A DNA stretch of 64,000 nt from Actinomycetota bacterium (lineage in GTDB: Bacteria > Actinomycetota > Acidimicrobiia > Acidimicrobiales > CAIXPF01). Positions 20,963-31,848 of this stretch are shown here, piece after piece. The stretch is taken from positions 17,403 to 81,402 of the forward strand of contig VGBO01000002.1 in the NCBI GenBank assembly GCA_016870475.1, written 5' to 3'. The translations under genes were made by a program, and so were the position numbers. Numbering within the stretch: the first letter of the stretch is position 1; each line of letters starts with the position of its first letter. Under the pieces are notes generated by a model. It saw nothing but the letters and a program-made list of their open reading frames with translations. It had not been told where the DNA came from and did no database searches.

Positions 20963-22090
20963 TCACCCGAAGCGGGGCATCACCTTCGTCGCATACAGCT
21001 CGAGCGAGGTCAGGATCTTGTCACGATCGTGGATCCCCTGCGGGATGAGGAGGAACAGGTCCTCCGCCGCGAACTCCGCCCGAGCCGCTTCGATCGTGCG
21101 GCTGATCGTGTCGGGGCTACCGACGAGGAGCTGCGGGACACCCTGCCCGAACGGCTTCGCCCAGCGGTCCCAGAACCACAGCATGTCCTCGGCCCACGCG
21201 TTCGCCTGCTCGTCGGTCGGCGCGCAGATCATGAGCCCGCCCCATGCGGCCTGGGTGCCCTCGGCGACGTCGTGCCCGTGGCGTGCCGCCTCCTCCTTGT
21301 ACTTCGCCCAGAGCAACTTGCAGAACGCGAAGTCGTCGGCCAACACGATCGGCCGACCCCGGTGCTTCGCCCAGAACAGCGCGGTGCGCATCGACGCGGA
21401 GAACCCGCCGTACAGCCGCGGGTAGGGGTCGCTGTAGGGGCGGGGGGCGATCCCGATCTCGTCGACGGTCATGTCCTCGCGCACCCCCTGACCGAACTCG
21501 GTGTACACCCCGTGCGGGTGCGGGTTCACGAGCCCTTCGGCGGGGAACTGCCAGAACTTGCCCGAGTGCGAGAAGGTCTCGCTGCGCAGCGCCTTGAGCA
21601 CGACCTCGACGAACTCGGCGAAGTACTCGCGGTTGTACTCGTCGGCCTCGGAGTCCTTGTTCCAAGGGCCGACGGCGGTGAGGTCGGGGCGGATCTTGAA
21701 GTTCTCGACCCAGCGAGACTGGTAGCCGCGCACCATCCCGAACGCGAAGCGACCCTTGAGCATGTTGTCGAGGGTGGAGATGTACTCGGCCGACCGCAAC
21801 GGGTTGTGGGCCGTGGACACCCAGCCGCACGACACGACCCGCATGCGCTTCGTGTGCATGCCGAGCCACATGGCCATCGGGCCGAGCTCGTTGGAGACCT
21901 CGAAGCCCTCGATCTGCAGGTGGTGTTCGGGGTGGCCGAACCCGGCGTACCCGGCCTCATCCGCGAACGTCGCGTATTCGGCGATCTCACCGAGCATCCG
22001 CTGGTAGAGGTCGGTGCGTCGCCCGGCCATGCCCTGGCGCAGCTCGTCCGGCCGACCGACCGTGCAGTACATGAACAGGTTCGAGTCCAC
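20963..22090 (-). CDS. LLM-class flavin-dependent oxidoreductase
   Basis: 'GFGHPEHHLQIEGFEVSN', 'RFAFGMVRGYQSRW'. The start is GTG at 22090 (GGGGGA upstream) or ATG at 22072. Confidence 0.75.
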   Translation of the reverse strand: MDSNLFMYCTVGRPDELRQGMAGRRTDLYQRMLGEIAEYATFADEAGYAGFGHPEHHLQIEGFEVSNELGPMAMWLGMHTKRMRVVSCGWVSTAHNPLRSAEYISTLDNMLKGRFAFGMVRGYQSRWVENFKIRPDLTAVGPWNKDSEADEYNREYFAEFVEVVLKALRSETFSHSGKFWQFPAEGLVNPHPHGVYTEFGQGVREDMTVDEIGIAPRPYSDPYPRLYGGFSASMRTALFWAKHRGRPIVLADDFAFCKLLWAKYKEEAARHGHDVAEGTQAAWGGLMICAPTDEQANAWAEDMLWFWDRWAKPFGQGVPQLLVGSPDTISRTIEAARAEFAAEDLFLLIPQGIHDRDKILTSLELYATKVMPRFG

Positions 22091-22212
22091 GTCGTTCCCC
22101 CGTTGTCGGCGCCTACCGCCCCTCGGCCGCAACTGCATTCTGGCGCATGCGGGCGGTCCGACGACCACCCGACGGGGGCGTCGCTCGGCCGGGTCGCGTC
22201 ACTCTGCCCGAC

Positions 22213-22518
22213 ATGACCTCCTCCAATTGCCGCCGGTCGACGGCGCTCGCGCTCGCCTGCGTATTCGCGGCTACGGCTTCGTTCGTGACGGTCCAGTGGT
22301 CACCGACCGTCGCCGAGGCATCGAGCCCCACGTTCACCAACCGGACCGCCGCCAACAGCGAACTCGGTAGCGACACCGTGCGCGGGGTGTTCGTGTCGGG
22401 CTCCACCGTGTACGCCGCAACCAACGGCGGCGGGTTGAGCATCTCGACCCCGTCGACTCCGACGCCCACGACGCCGGTCCCGCCCGTTGCGCCGGTCGCG
22501 CCTGCGTACACCGGCTGA
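22213..22518 (+). CDS. Small secreted protein (signal peptide, Pro/Thr tail)
   Basis: ATG at 22213. 'MTSSNCRRSTALALACVFAATASFV' looks like a signal peptide. 'VFVSGSTVYAATNGGGLSIS' follows, then 'TPSTPTPTTPVPPVAPVAP'. Confidence 0.5.
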   Translation: MTSSNCRRSTALALACVFAATASFVTVQWSPTVAEASSPTFTNRTAANSELGSDTVRGVFVSGSTVYAATNGGGLSISTPSTPTPTTPVPPVAPVAPAYTG

Positions 22519-22574
22519 CCCGCTCCGAGACGACCAGCCGGTCCGAGGCGCTCGTTCCCGGGCGCGACCTGGCG

Positions 22575-23435
22575 TCAGCGCAGACGGGCGACGAGGCGCT
22601 CGAGGGCGACCCGGTGGTCGTCGAGCAGCGGGAGCCCCGACAGCCGCAACGCGGCGTTGTCGAGCACCGAGTTCGCCGGCCGGGGTGCCGGGCGCGGTGG
22701 GTCGAGGTCGGCGGTGCGGATCGGTTCGACGCGTCCCGGGTCGTGCCCGGCGGCGGTGAGGATCTCACGGACGAACCCGTACCAGCTCGTCGCACCCTGG
22801 TTCGTGACGTGGAACAGGCCGGGACGTCGATCGGTGCCGAGCCGGACGAGCATCGAGGCGAGGTCGTCGGCGAAGGTCGGGTGGCCGACCTGGTCGTCGA
22901 CGAACCGGAGCGGACCGTCGGTCGTCGCGGCGAGCCGGAGCACCGTCTTCACCACGTTCGCCCCGTGTTCGCCGCACACCCACGACGTGCGCACGACCGT
23001 GGCGCCGATCCCCGCGTCGAACGCCTCACGCTCGCCGCCGAGCTTCGAACGCCCGTAGGCCGACGCCGGTGCGGGCGTGTCCCACTCGGTGTACGGGGTC
23101 GCCTTCGTGCCGTCGAAGACGTAGTCGGTCGAGACGGTCACGAGGTGGGCGCCGACTGAACGGCAGCCGTCCGCGACGTGGCGGACCGCGAGAGCGTTGT
23201 CCCGGAAGGCCCGGTCGGGGTCGGACTCGCATGCGTCGACCGCGGTCCACGCGGCGGTGTGCAGAACGAGATGAGGGCGCAGCGTGGTGATCGCGCCGAG
23301 GACGGCGTCGTGGTCGCCGACGTCGAGATCGGCGCGGGTGGCGGCGACGACGTCGTGGCCACCGTGCGCCTCGAGACGGGCGACGACCTCACGGCCGACC
23401 TGCCCGCCTGCCCCGGTGACGAGGACCCGGCTCAT
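22575..23435 (-). CDS. rmlD: dTDP-4-dehydrorhamnose reductase
   Basis: ATGA overlap with the rmlB stop. 'VLVTGAGGQVG', 'STDYVFDG' and 'YGRSKLGGE'. Confidence 0.92.
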   Translation of the reverse strand: MSRVLVTGAGGQVGREVVARLEAHGGHDVVAATRADLDVGDHDAVLGAITTLRPHLVLHTAAWTAVDACESDPDRAFRDNALAVRHVADGCRSVGAHLVTVSTDYVFDGTKATPYTEWDTPAPASAYGRSKLGGEREAFDAGIGATVVRTSWVCGEHGANVVKTVLRLAATTDGPLRFVDDQVGHPTFADDLASMLVRLGTDRRPGLFHVTNQGATSWYGFVREILTAAGHDPGRVEPIRTADLDPPRPAPRPANSVLDNAALRLSGLPLLDDHRVALERLVARLR

Positions 23436-24400
23436 GCGGTGCGGGCCTTCAGCGGCTCCCACCACCAGCGGTTGTCCCGGTACCACGCAACGGTCGCCGC
23501 GAGGCCATCGGCGAAGTCGTGCCGTGGCGCCCACCCGAGCGAGCGCAACGCCGTGCAGTCGACGGAGTAGCGACGGTCGTGCCCGAGCCGGTCCTCGACG
23601 TAGGTGACCGCGGACTCGTCACGGCCGCACAGGGCGAGCAGCCGGTCGGTGAGCTCGCGGTTGGTGATCTCGTTGCCGCCGCCGATGTTGTACACGTGGC
23701 CCGACTCGCCCCGTCGCAGCGCCACGTCGATCCCGTCGCAGTGGTCCTGCACGTGCAACCAGTCGCGAACGTTCAGCCCGTCGCCGTAGAGAGGCACCGT
23801 CCCGCCGTCGAGCAGGTTCGTCACGAACAGCGGGATGACCTTCTCGGGGTACTGGTAGGGCCCGTAGTTGTTCGACGCACGCGTGGCGACCACGTCGAGG
23901 CCGTAGGTGGTCGCATAGCTGAGCGCGATCAGGTCGGAACCGGCCTTCGACGCCGAGTACGGCGAACGCGGCAACAGCAGGTCGGTCTCGAGCGACGACG
24001 GCGAGCCGGGGCCGAGCGACCCGTACACCTCGTCGGTGGAGACGTGCAGCACCCGCTCGACGCCGACCTTGCGAGCGGTGTCGCACACGACGTTGGTCCC
24101 CTGGCAGTTCGTGAGCACGAACGCGTCCGGGTCGACGATGGAGCGGTCGACGTGACTCTCCGCGGCGAAGTGCACGACCATGTCGCAGCCCGCCATCGCC
24201 GCAGCGACGGCGTCGCGGTCCCGGATGTCGCCGCGCACGAACCGGAACCGCGTGTCGCCGTGCACGTCACGCAGGTTCTCGAGGTTGCCCGCATAGGTGA
24301 GTGCGTCGAAGCACACGACCTCGTCGTCGGTGGACCGGAGCGTCCGGTGCACGAAGTTGGAGCCGATGAACCCGGCACCGCCGGTCACGAACAGTTTCAC
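23432..24400 (-). CDS. rmlB: dTDP-glucose 4,6-dehydratase
   Basis: 'MKLFVTGGAGFIGSNF', 'HFAAESHVDRS', 'STDEVYG', 'SPYSASKAGSD', 'NNYGPYQYPEKVIP' and 'RDWLHVQDH'. Confidence 0.96.
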   Translation of the reverse strand: MKLFVTGGAGFIGSNFVHRTLRSTDDEVVCFDALTYAGNLENLRDVHGDTRFRFVRGDIRDRDAVAAAMAGCDMVVHFAAESHVDRSIVDPDAFVLTNCQGTNVVCDTARKVGVERVLHVSTDEVYGSLGPGSPSSLETDLLLPRSPYSASKAGSDLIALSYATTYGLDVVATRASNNYGPYQYPEKVIPLFVTNLLDGGTVPLYGDGLNVRDWLHVQDHCDGIDVALRRGESGHVYNIGGGNEITNRELTDRLLALCGRDESAVTYVEDRLGHDRRYSVDCTALRSLGWAPRHDFADGLAATVAWYRDNRWWWEPLKARTA

Positions 24401-24415
24401 GGTGTCGCCTGTCGA

Positions 24416-24982
24416 TCAGGTCCGCATCGGCCAGCGCGGCACCTGGTGCGGTGCGATGGCCGATCGACGGGGGTTTGCGGAATCACGGGCCGAGAGCACG
24501 GGGGCGGCGATCCCCCAGTCTGCGCCGATCTCGGGGTCGTCCCAGGCGACGCCGAGCTCGTCGGCGGGGTTGTAGTGGCCGTCGACGAGGTAGGTGATCG
24601 TCATGTCGGTGAGCGACGCGAAACCGTGCGCGACACCCGGCGGGATGTGCACGCCCCGGTGCACGGTCGTGCCGTCGGGGCCCTCGCCGAGGTCGAAGCA
24701 CTCCGTCGCCCCGTCCGTCGGCGACGCGACTCGCAGGTCGTGCAGCACGACCCGGGCCCGACCGTAGGGCACGTACCAGTAGTCGGCCTGGTGCAGGTGG
24801 TAGTGGAGTCCGACGATGCACCCGGCGATCCGGTCGCCACGGTTCTGCTGCAGCATCTCCCGGGCGCCGGGGATCCACTCCCGCCGGTAGGTCTCGGTGA
24901 AGGACCCGCGGTCGTCGCCGAAGGTCTGCAGTTCGACGTGGTACACGCCCGCGATGCGGCTCGATTCGGTGACGACGGCCAT
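24416..24982 (-). CDS. rmlC: dTDP-4-dehydrorhamnose 3,5-epimerase
   Basis: ATG at 24982. 'FGDDRGSFTETY', 'GLHYHLHQADYWYV' and 'IPPGVAHGF'. Confidence 0.9.
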   Translation of the reverse strand: MAVVTESSRIAGVYHVELQTFGDDRGSFTETYRREWIPGAREMLQQNRGDRIAGCIVGLHYHLHQADYWYVPYGRARVVLHDLRVASPTDGATECFDLGEGPDGTTVHRGVHIPPGVAHGFASLTDMTITYLVDGHYNPADELGVAWDDPEIGADWGIAAPVLSARDSANPRRSAIAPHQVPRWPMRT

Positions 24983-24993
24983 GGTGGCTCCGA

Positions 24994-26073
24994 TCAGGCG
25001 AGGTCGACGACCGAGTGGTCGCCGAGCAGGAGGCGGGTGGCCGTCGGACGTTGTCCGGAACGGTGCACCTCGGTGTCGCGACCGATGAGGCTGTCGGCGA
25101 GGCGGTGCACGCCGGTGATCCGGCAGTTCTGCAGCAGCACCGAGTTCTCGATCTCGGTGTCGGTGAGTTCGCACCCCTCCGCGACGGAGGAGTAGGGGCC
25201 GACGTAGCTGTCCCGCAGCACGGTGCCGGCGCCGATCACGGCCGGGCCGCGCACGCGGCTGCGTTCGAGCCGAGCACCCGCCTCGACGACCACTCGACCC
25301 TCCACGACCGACGCCTCGTCGACGTCCCCGTCGATGCGGGTCTCGACGGTGTCGAGGACGAGCCGGTTGCACTCAAGCAGCGGGTCCTTCTTGCCGGTGT
25401 CGATCCACCAGCCCTCGAGGACCTCGTGGCGGACCCGGTGGCCGTTGCTGAGCAGCCACTGGATCGCATCGGTGATCTCGAGCTCGCCACGGGGCGACGG
25501 CGCGATCGACCGCACGGCGGTGTGCACGGTGGTGTCGAAGAGGTACACGCCGACGAGCGCGAGGTTCGACGGCGGGTCCTTCGGCTTCTCGACGAGGCGC
25601 ACGACCTCACCGGCCGCGTCGACCTCGGCGACCCCGAACGACGACGGGTTGTCGACCGGCTTGAGGAGGATCTGCGCCGCGGCGCCGCCGCCGTTCGCCC
25701 GGCTGGCCTCGAAGTTCGCCACGAACTCGGTGAGACCCTGCTCCAGCATGTTGTCGCCGAGGTACATCACGAAGTCGTCGTCTCCGAGGAAGTCCCGGGC
25801 GATGAGCACGCAGTGGGCGAGCCCCCGGGGGGCGTCCTGGGGCAGGTAGGTGACCCGGACCCCGAAGCGGGAGCCGTCGCCGACCGCAGCGCGGATCTCC
25901 TCACCGGTGTCGCCGACGATGATCCCGATGTCGGTGATCCCCGCCTCGGCCATGTCTTCGATGCCGTAGAACAGGATCGGCTTGTTCGCAATCGGCACGA
26001 GCTGCTTGGCGCTCGTGTGGGTGATCGGCCGGAGCCGGGTACCCGCACCGCCGCTGAGGATCAGGCCCTTCAT
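24994..26073 (-). CDS. rmlA: Glucose-1-phosphate thymidylyltransferase (long form)
   Basis: 'MKGLILSGGAGTRLRPITHTSAKQLVP', 'GDNMLEQG', 'EKPKDPPSNLALVGVY' and 'WIDTGKKDPLLE'. Confidence 0.93.
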   Translation of the reverse strand: MKGLILSGGAGTRLRPITHTSAKQLVPIANKPILFYGIEDMAEAGITDIGIIVGDTGEEIRAAVGDGSRFGVRVTYLPQDAPRGLAHCVLIARDFLGDDDFVMYLGDNMLEQGLTEFVANFEASRANGGGAAAQILLKPVDNPSSFGVAEVDAAGEVVRLVEKPKDPPSNLALVGVYLFDTTVHTAVRSIAPSPRGELEITDAIQWLLSNGHRVRHEVLEGWWIDTGKKDPLLECNRLVLDTVETRIDGDVDEASVVEGRVVVEAGARLERSRVRGPAVIGAGTVLRDSYVGPYSSVAEGCELTDTEIENSVLLQNCRITGVHRLADSLIGRDTEVHRSGQRPTATRLLLGDHSVVDLA

Positions 26074-26107
26074 ACGGGCCGGAGCCTACCCCGACGACCC
26101 CGCCGCC

Positions 26108-27277
<1,170 letters not shown>

Positions 27278-27376
27278 GTGGCGCTCCTCGGCCGTGGGCG
27301 GTTCGGTCGGCCCGAAAACCCTAGCGGGTCGGTCAACAATCGGACCAGCGACGCGATTCCCGCCGGCGGCGCGATC

Positions 27377-28156
27377 TCAGCGCAGGTCGACCTCGCCGAC
27401 GATGCTGGGCAGCACGTCGGAGATCCCGGCCCGAACCACCACGTCGGCGAGCGCATCCATCTCGGTCGGCTCACCGTTGACGATCACGATGCGCGCCCCC
27501 GACCGTTTCGCGATCGGCACCACGTTGGCGATCGGGTACACGCCGAGGGTGCTCCCCACCGCCAGCAGCAGGTCGCAGGACCGTGCCGCCTCGTCGGAAC
27601 GGATGAGATCGGCCTCGACGAGGGATTGCCCGAAGGAGATCGTCGCCGACTTGAGGATGCCGCCGCAGGAGCGGCACGGCGGATCGGCCTCGCCCGCGCG
27701 CACCCGGTCGAGCGCCCGTTCCATCGGCGCCCGCTCACCGCACTCGAGACAGCACACCTCGGCGACGGTTCCGTGGATCTCGACCACGAGCGACGGGTCG
27801 GACCCGGCTGCGACGTGCAACCCGTCGACGTTCTGGGTGATGAGGGTGTGCAGCTTCGCCCGGCGTTCGAGGTGGACGATCGCCCGGTGCCCGGCGTTCG
27901 GCGTGCGGTTGCGCAACGGCGAGTCGAGCAGCGCCTGCCACCGCTCGGCGCGCACCTCCGACGACGCCAGGTAGTTCTGGATCGTCGCGGACTTCTCGGC
28001 GCCGGGGTTCTTCGTCCACACGCCGTTCGGGCCCCGGAAGTCGGGGATCCCGCTGTCGGTGGAGATCCCCGCCCCGGTCAGCACGACGACACGCCGAGCG
28101 TCCTCGAGCAGGGCCCGTGCCCGCAGCACGGCGTCGTGCAACCCGTCCCCGGTCAT
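27377..28156 (-). CDS. cobB: Sir2-family NAD-dependent protein deacylase
   Basis: ATG at 28156. 'VLTGAGISTDSGIPDFRG', 'ITQNVDGLH', 'EIHG' and the Zn ribbon 'CLECGE...CRSCGG'. Confidence 0.92.
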   Translation of the reverse strand: MTGDGLHDAVLRARALLEDARRVVVLTGAGISTDSGIPDFRGPNGVWTKNPGAEKSATIQNYLASSEVRAERWQALLDSPLRNRTPNAGHRAIVHLERRAKLHTLITQNVDGLHVAAGSDPSLVVEIHGTVAEVCCLECGERAPMERALDRVRAGEADPPCRSCGGILKSATISFGQSLVEADLIRSDEAARSCDLLLAVGSTLGVYPIANVVPIAKRSGARIVIVNGEPTEMDALADVVVRAGISDVLPSIVGEVDLR

Positions 28157-28194
28157 GGCCGCACGGTAGCGGGGCACCGTCGCACCCGTCCCCC

Positions 28195-28223
28195 TTGCAG
28201 ATCGAAAACAACTGAAATATATT
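28195..28223 (+). promoter_or_regulatory. Near-consensus sigma-70/SigA-type promoter: TTGCAG-17 nt-TATATT
   Basis: Read directly in the only markedly AT-rich stretch of the 28157-28280 intergenic region. It lies ~55 nt upstream of GTG 28281, which has a GGAGG RBS. Confidence 0.55.
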
Positions 28224-28280
28224 GAGACGTCTTCCCCGCTGGTTCCCGTCAGGCCGTCCGGCCGACCGTGGAGGTCCACC

Positions 28281-28793
28281 GTGTCCACGACCGTCACCAT
28301 CCCTGCGAACGACGACGACGACGCCCCCGGGCGCGACGACGGCGTCGCCGAGCTCCGCATCCACCCCTGGGCCGACCCCCTCGTCGACCGGCTCGGCCAC
28401 GACCCGCGCGACGCCTACGTCGAGACGTTCTGGCTCGGGATCCTCGGCCCTGCGTCGATCGTGCTCCTCCGGCACCTCGCCACCCGCTTCGACCTCGAGC
28501 CCGACGGCTTCACCCTCGACCTCGAGTCGACCGCCCGGGCGCTCGGCCTCGGGACCGGGCTCGGGAAGTGGGGGCCGATGCAGCGCACGCTCTCCCGCTG
28601 CACGACCTTCGGCATGGCCCGGCGGTGGGGGCGCGACGGGTTCGTCGTGCGCCGCAGGATGCCCCCGCTCGCCCGCCACCAGGTCGCCCGTCTCCCCGAC
28701 CACCTGCAGGCGTACCACGCCGAGTGGATCACCTGGCTCGACGCGCAGCGCCGGGCCGAGGTGCCCGACGAGGGAACCCCCGACGCCGCCTGA
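28281..28793 (+). CDS. Hypothetical protein (acidic N-terminus; possible winged-helix core), function unknown
   Basis: Track ORF with protein-like composition ('YVETFWLGILGPASIVLLRHLATRF', 'WGPMQRTLSRCTTFGMARRWG'). An RBS and promoter lie upstream. I do not recognise the family. Confidence 0.6.
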   Translation: MSTTVTIPANDDDDAPGRDDGVAELRIHPWADPLVDRLGHDPRDAYVETFWLGILGPASIVLLRHLATRFDLEPDGFTLDLESTARALGLGTGLGKWGPMQRTLSRCTTFGMARRWGRDGFVVRRRMPPLARHQVARLPDHLQAYHAEWITWLDAQRRAEVPDEGTPDAA

Positions 28794-28796
28794 ACC

Positions 28797-30248
28797 TCAG
28801 CGGGCGGCGAGCCGTTCGGCGAGGTCGACGAGCAGGCGGACGCCGAACCCCGTGCCCCCACGGGTGACGTCCGCGTCGTCGGCCTCGACGAACGCCGGGC
28901 CGGCGATGTCGAGGTGCGCCCAGGGGATGCCGGGGGCGACGAACTCCTCGAGGATCAACCCGGCGACGAGCGCGCCGGCGTTCCCGTTCCCGATGTTCTT
29001 CATGTCCGCGACCGGCGACTCGTACTGCTTGCGGTACTCCGGCGGCAGCGGGAGGCGCCACACCTGCTCGCCCGTCGTCGCGGACGACGCCTCGATCGCC
29101 CCGAGGAGCGCGTCGTCGTTGCCCATCAGCCCGGCGATCTTGTTGCCGAGCGCCATCACACACGCACCGGTGAGCGTCGCGAGGTCGACGATCGCGTCGG
29201 GGCGATCCTCGCTCGCGAGGCACAGCGCGTCGGCGAGGATGAGACGCCCCTCGGCATCGGTGTTGAGGACCTCGATCGTCTTGCCGTTCCGGATCCGCAG
29301 CACGTCACCGGGCCGGGTGGCGTCGCCGCCGGTCATGTTGTCCGTCGCCGGCACGTAGCCGCGCACCTCGATCGGCAGGCCGAGCTCGGCGATCGCCGCG
29401 GTCGCACCGAACACGGCGGCCGCCCCCGCCATGTCGCACTTCATCGTCATCATCCCGGTGGCCGTCTTGAGCGACATGCCACCGGTGTCGAACGTGATGC
29501 CCTTGCCGACGAGTGCGAGCTTCGCCTTCGGACGCACGCCACGGGGAACCCAGCGGGTGCGCACGAACCTCGGCGGGTGGGTGGACCCACGGTTCACCCC
29601 GAGCACCCCACCGAGACGGAGGCGGCGGATCTGCTCGAGCCCGAGGGCCTCGACCCCGAAGCCGGAGGTCTTCCCCCACGCGGTAGCCGCCCGCGCGAGC
29701 CGGTCCGGGGTCAGCGACCCACCGGGTTCGTTCACGAGGTCGCGTGCCCGGGCCGTGGCCGTGGCCACGATCCGCCCCCGCTCCGCTCCTCGACGGGCCG
29801 CGGCGGTCGGCGCGACCAGGTCGACTGCGGCGACGGAGCGTCCCGCGGGCTTCGACCGCAGTGCGTCGTAGCGGTACGACGCGCCGAGCAGGCCCTCGAC
29901 CACGGCCGCGGCGGCGGCCTCCGGGGCGACCGGTGCGTCGGCCTCGAGCAGCGCGACCACGAGCCGGTCCTCACGCGACGCCGACCGGGCGACCGCGGCG
30001 GCGGCACGGCGCAGCACGGTGGTGGTGAGCGCGTCCCGGCGACCGAGGCCGACCGCGTACACGACCCGATCGGCGCCCGGCAGCACGGCGACCGACTCCG
30101 CCTTCCCCTCGAACCCGAGGCGACCGAGCAGCGCCGGGTCGAGCCCGCTCGCCGCCACCTCACCCTCGTGGACCGGGAGCGCGACGGCGGCGCCTCGGGC
30201 GGGAACGGATCGGATGAGCCGCAGGGCGGCGAGCTGGGTCGTCGTCAC
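28797..30248 (-). CDS. pepA: Leucyl aminopeptidase (M17)
   Basis: 'VGKGITFDTGG', 'MKCDMAGAA' and 'NTDAEGRLILADAL'. Confidence 0.94.
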   Translation of the reverse strand: MTTTQLAALRLIRSVPARGAAVALPVHEGEVAASGLDPALLGRLGFEGKAESVAVLPGADRVVYAVGLGRRDALTTTVLRRAAAAVARSASREDRLVVALLEADAPVAPEAAAAAVVEGLLGASYRYDALRSKPAGRSVAAVDLVAPTAAARRGAERGRIVATATARARDLVNEPGGSLTPDRLARAATAWGKTSGFGVEALGLEQIRRLRLGGVLGVNRGSTHPPRFVRTRWVPRGVRPKAKLALVGKGITFDTGGMSLKTATGMMTMKCDMAGAAAVFGATAAIAELGLPIEVRGYVPATDNMTGGDATRPGDVLRIRNGKTIEVLNTDAEGRLILADALCLASEDRPDAIVDLATLTGACVMALGNKIAGLMGNDDALLGAIEASSATTGEQVWRLPLPPEYRKQYESPVADMKNIGNGNAGALVAGLILEEFVAPGIPWAHLDIAGPAFVEADDADVTRGGTGFGVRLLVDLAERLAAR

Positions 30249-30257
30249 ACCCGGAGA

Positions 30258-30809
30258 CTATCGAGCGGTCCCTTCCACCGTCCGACTGGGCAGCGACCCG
30301 CCCTCCGCCCACCGGGCGATCGCCCACAGCAGGTCCGAGAGGCGGTTGAGGTAGGGCACGACGTGGGACTCTGCGGTGGCGGCGCGCAACGCGAGCCGCT
30401 CCGCCCGACGCACGACGGTGCGCGCCACGTCGAGGTGCGCCGCCGCCGGCGTACCCCCGGGGATCACGAACTCGGTCGGCATCGCGAAACGGGCGGCGTA
30501 GTCGTCGATCAGGGTCTCGAGCGCCGAGACCATCTCGGCGCTGACGGCGGTCGAGCCCACGGTGAGCTTGCCGTGGTTCTCCGGCAACGTCGCGAGCTCC
30601 GCCATCGCCACGTAGAGGTCGTGGCAGAGCCGGACCAGCAGACGGTCGAGCTCGCCGTCGCGTTCGGTGTGCACCCGCACGACCCCGAGGGCCGCCTGGG
30701 CCTCGTCGACCGTGCCGTACGCCCACGGGAGGTCGGAGTCCTTCGAGACCCGGCCGCCGTAGAAGAGCCCGGTGGTGCCGTCGTCGCCCGCCCGCGTGTA
30801 GATCTGCAC
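30258..30809 (-). CDS. PduO-type ATP:cob(I)alamin adenosyltransferase
   Basis: GTG at 30809. 'VQIYTRAGDDGTTGL', 'FVIPGG' and 'LNRLSDLLW'. Confidence 0.88.
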   Translation of the reverse strand: MQIYTRAGDDGTTGLFYGGRVSKDSDLPWAYGTVDEAQAALGVVRVHTERDGELDRLLVRLCHDLYVAMAELATLPENHGKLTVGSTAVSAEMVSALETLIDDYAARFAMPTEFVIPGGTPAAAHLDVARTVVRRAERLALRAATAESHVVPYLNRLSDLLWAIARWAEGGSLPSRTVEGTAR

Positions 30810-30865
30810 GGCGAGCACGGTACCGCCGTTCCGGCGTCTGACCGGATGCGGACCGGTCGCGTAGG

Positions 30866-31816
30866 GTGCCCGCCATGACCACCGAGGACGGGAACCGGAC
30901 CGGGAACGACGACCACGGCCGGCAACGCCTGCCCGGCACACCCGATCCGATGCTGCGCCTGCAGGCATCCGGTGCGGGCATGACCCTCGCCGCCGACCGC
31001 TGGGGGCCGGTGGGCGCGACCCCGGTGCTGCTCCTCCACGGCGGCGGGCAGACCCGGCACGCGTGGCGTGGCGCGGGTGAGACGCTCGGTGACGCCGGGT
31101 ACGACGCGTACTGCATGGATCTGCGCGGCCACGGCGACTCGGACTGGTCGCCCGATGGCGTGTACCACTACACGTCCTTCGTCGACGACATTGTCGGCGT
31201 CGCCGGCCAGCTCGGGCGCACCCCGGTGCTCGTCGGCGCCTCCCTCGGCGGGATCTGCTCGCTGCTCGCCACCGGCGAGGACCGCCGGTTGCGTCCGGCC
31301 GCGCTCGTCATGGTCGACATCGGCCCCTACGTCGAACGTGAGGGGGTGCAACGCATCCGTGGGTTCATGCAGGCGAACCCCGACGGGTTCGCCTCGCTCG
31401 AGGAGGTGGCCGACGCGATCGCCGCCTACCAGCCCCACCGCCCCCGACCCGACTCCCTCGAAGGACTCGGCAAGAACGTGCGGTTCGACACCCGCACCGG
31501 TCGCTACCACTGGCACTGGGACCCGGCGTACTTCGCGTCCCGACGCGACATGAGCGTCGACGAACGGGAACGCCGTCTCGTGGAGGCGGCCCGGGGAGTT
31601 GGGGCGAGCGGGATCCCGATGCTGCTCGTCCGTGGGGGCCTGTCCGACGTGCTGTCCCTCGAAGGCGCCGAGCGCTTCCTCGAGCTCGTCCCCCATGCCG
31701 AGTTCGTCAACGTCACCGACGCGGCCCACATGGTCGCGGGTGACCGCAACGACATCTTCGCCGGTGCCGTCATCGAGTTCCTGCAGCGGGTCGCCCCGCC
31801 CGGGTCCGACAGTTGA
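30866..31816 (+). CDS. Alpha/beta hydrolase (intact GASLGG nucleophile elbow)
   Basis: 'VLLLHGGGQTRHAW', 'DLRGHGDSD', 'LVGASLGG' and 'AAHMVAGD'. The start is 30866 or ATG 30875. Confidence 0.8.
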   Translation: MPAMTTEDGNRTGNDDHGRQRLPGTPDPMLRLQASGAGMTLAADRWGPVGATPVLLLHGGGQTRHAWRGAGETLGDAGYDAYCMDLRGHGDSDWSPDGVYHYTSFVDDIVGVAGQLGRTPVLVGASLGGICSLLATGEDRRLRPAALVMVDIGPYVEREGVQRIRGFMQANPDGFASLEEVADAIAAYQPHRPRPDSLEGLGKNVRFDTRTGRYHWHWDPAYFASRRDMSVDERERRLVEAARGVGASGIPMLLVRGGLSDVLSLEGAERFLELVPHAEFVNVTDAAHMVAGDRNDIFAGAVIEFLQRVAPPGSDS

Positions 31817-31848
31817 TCCCCGTGTCAACTCCTCGGTAGCGTCCCGCC

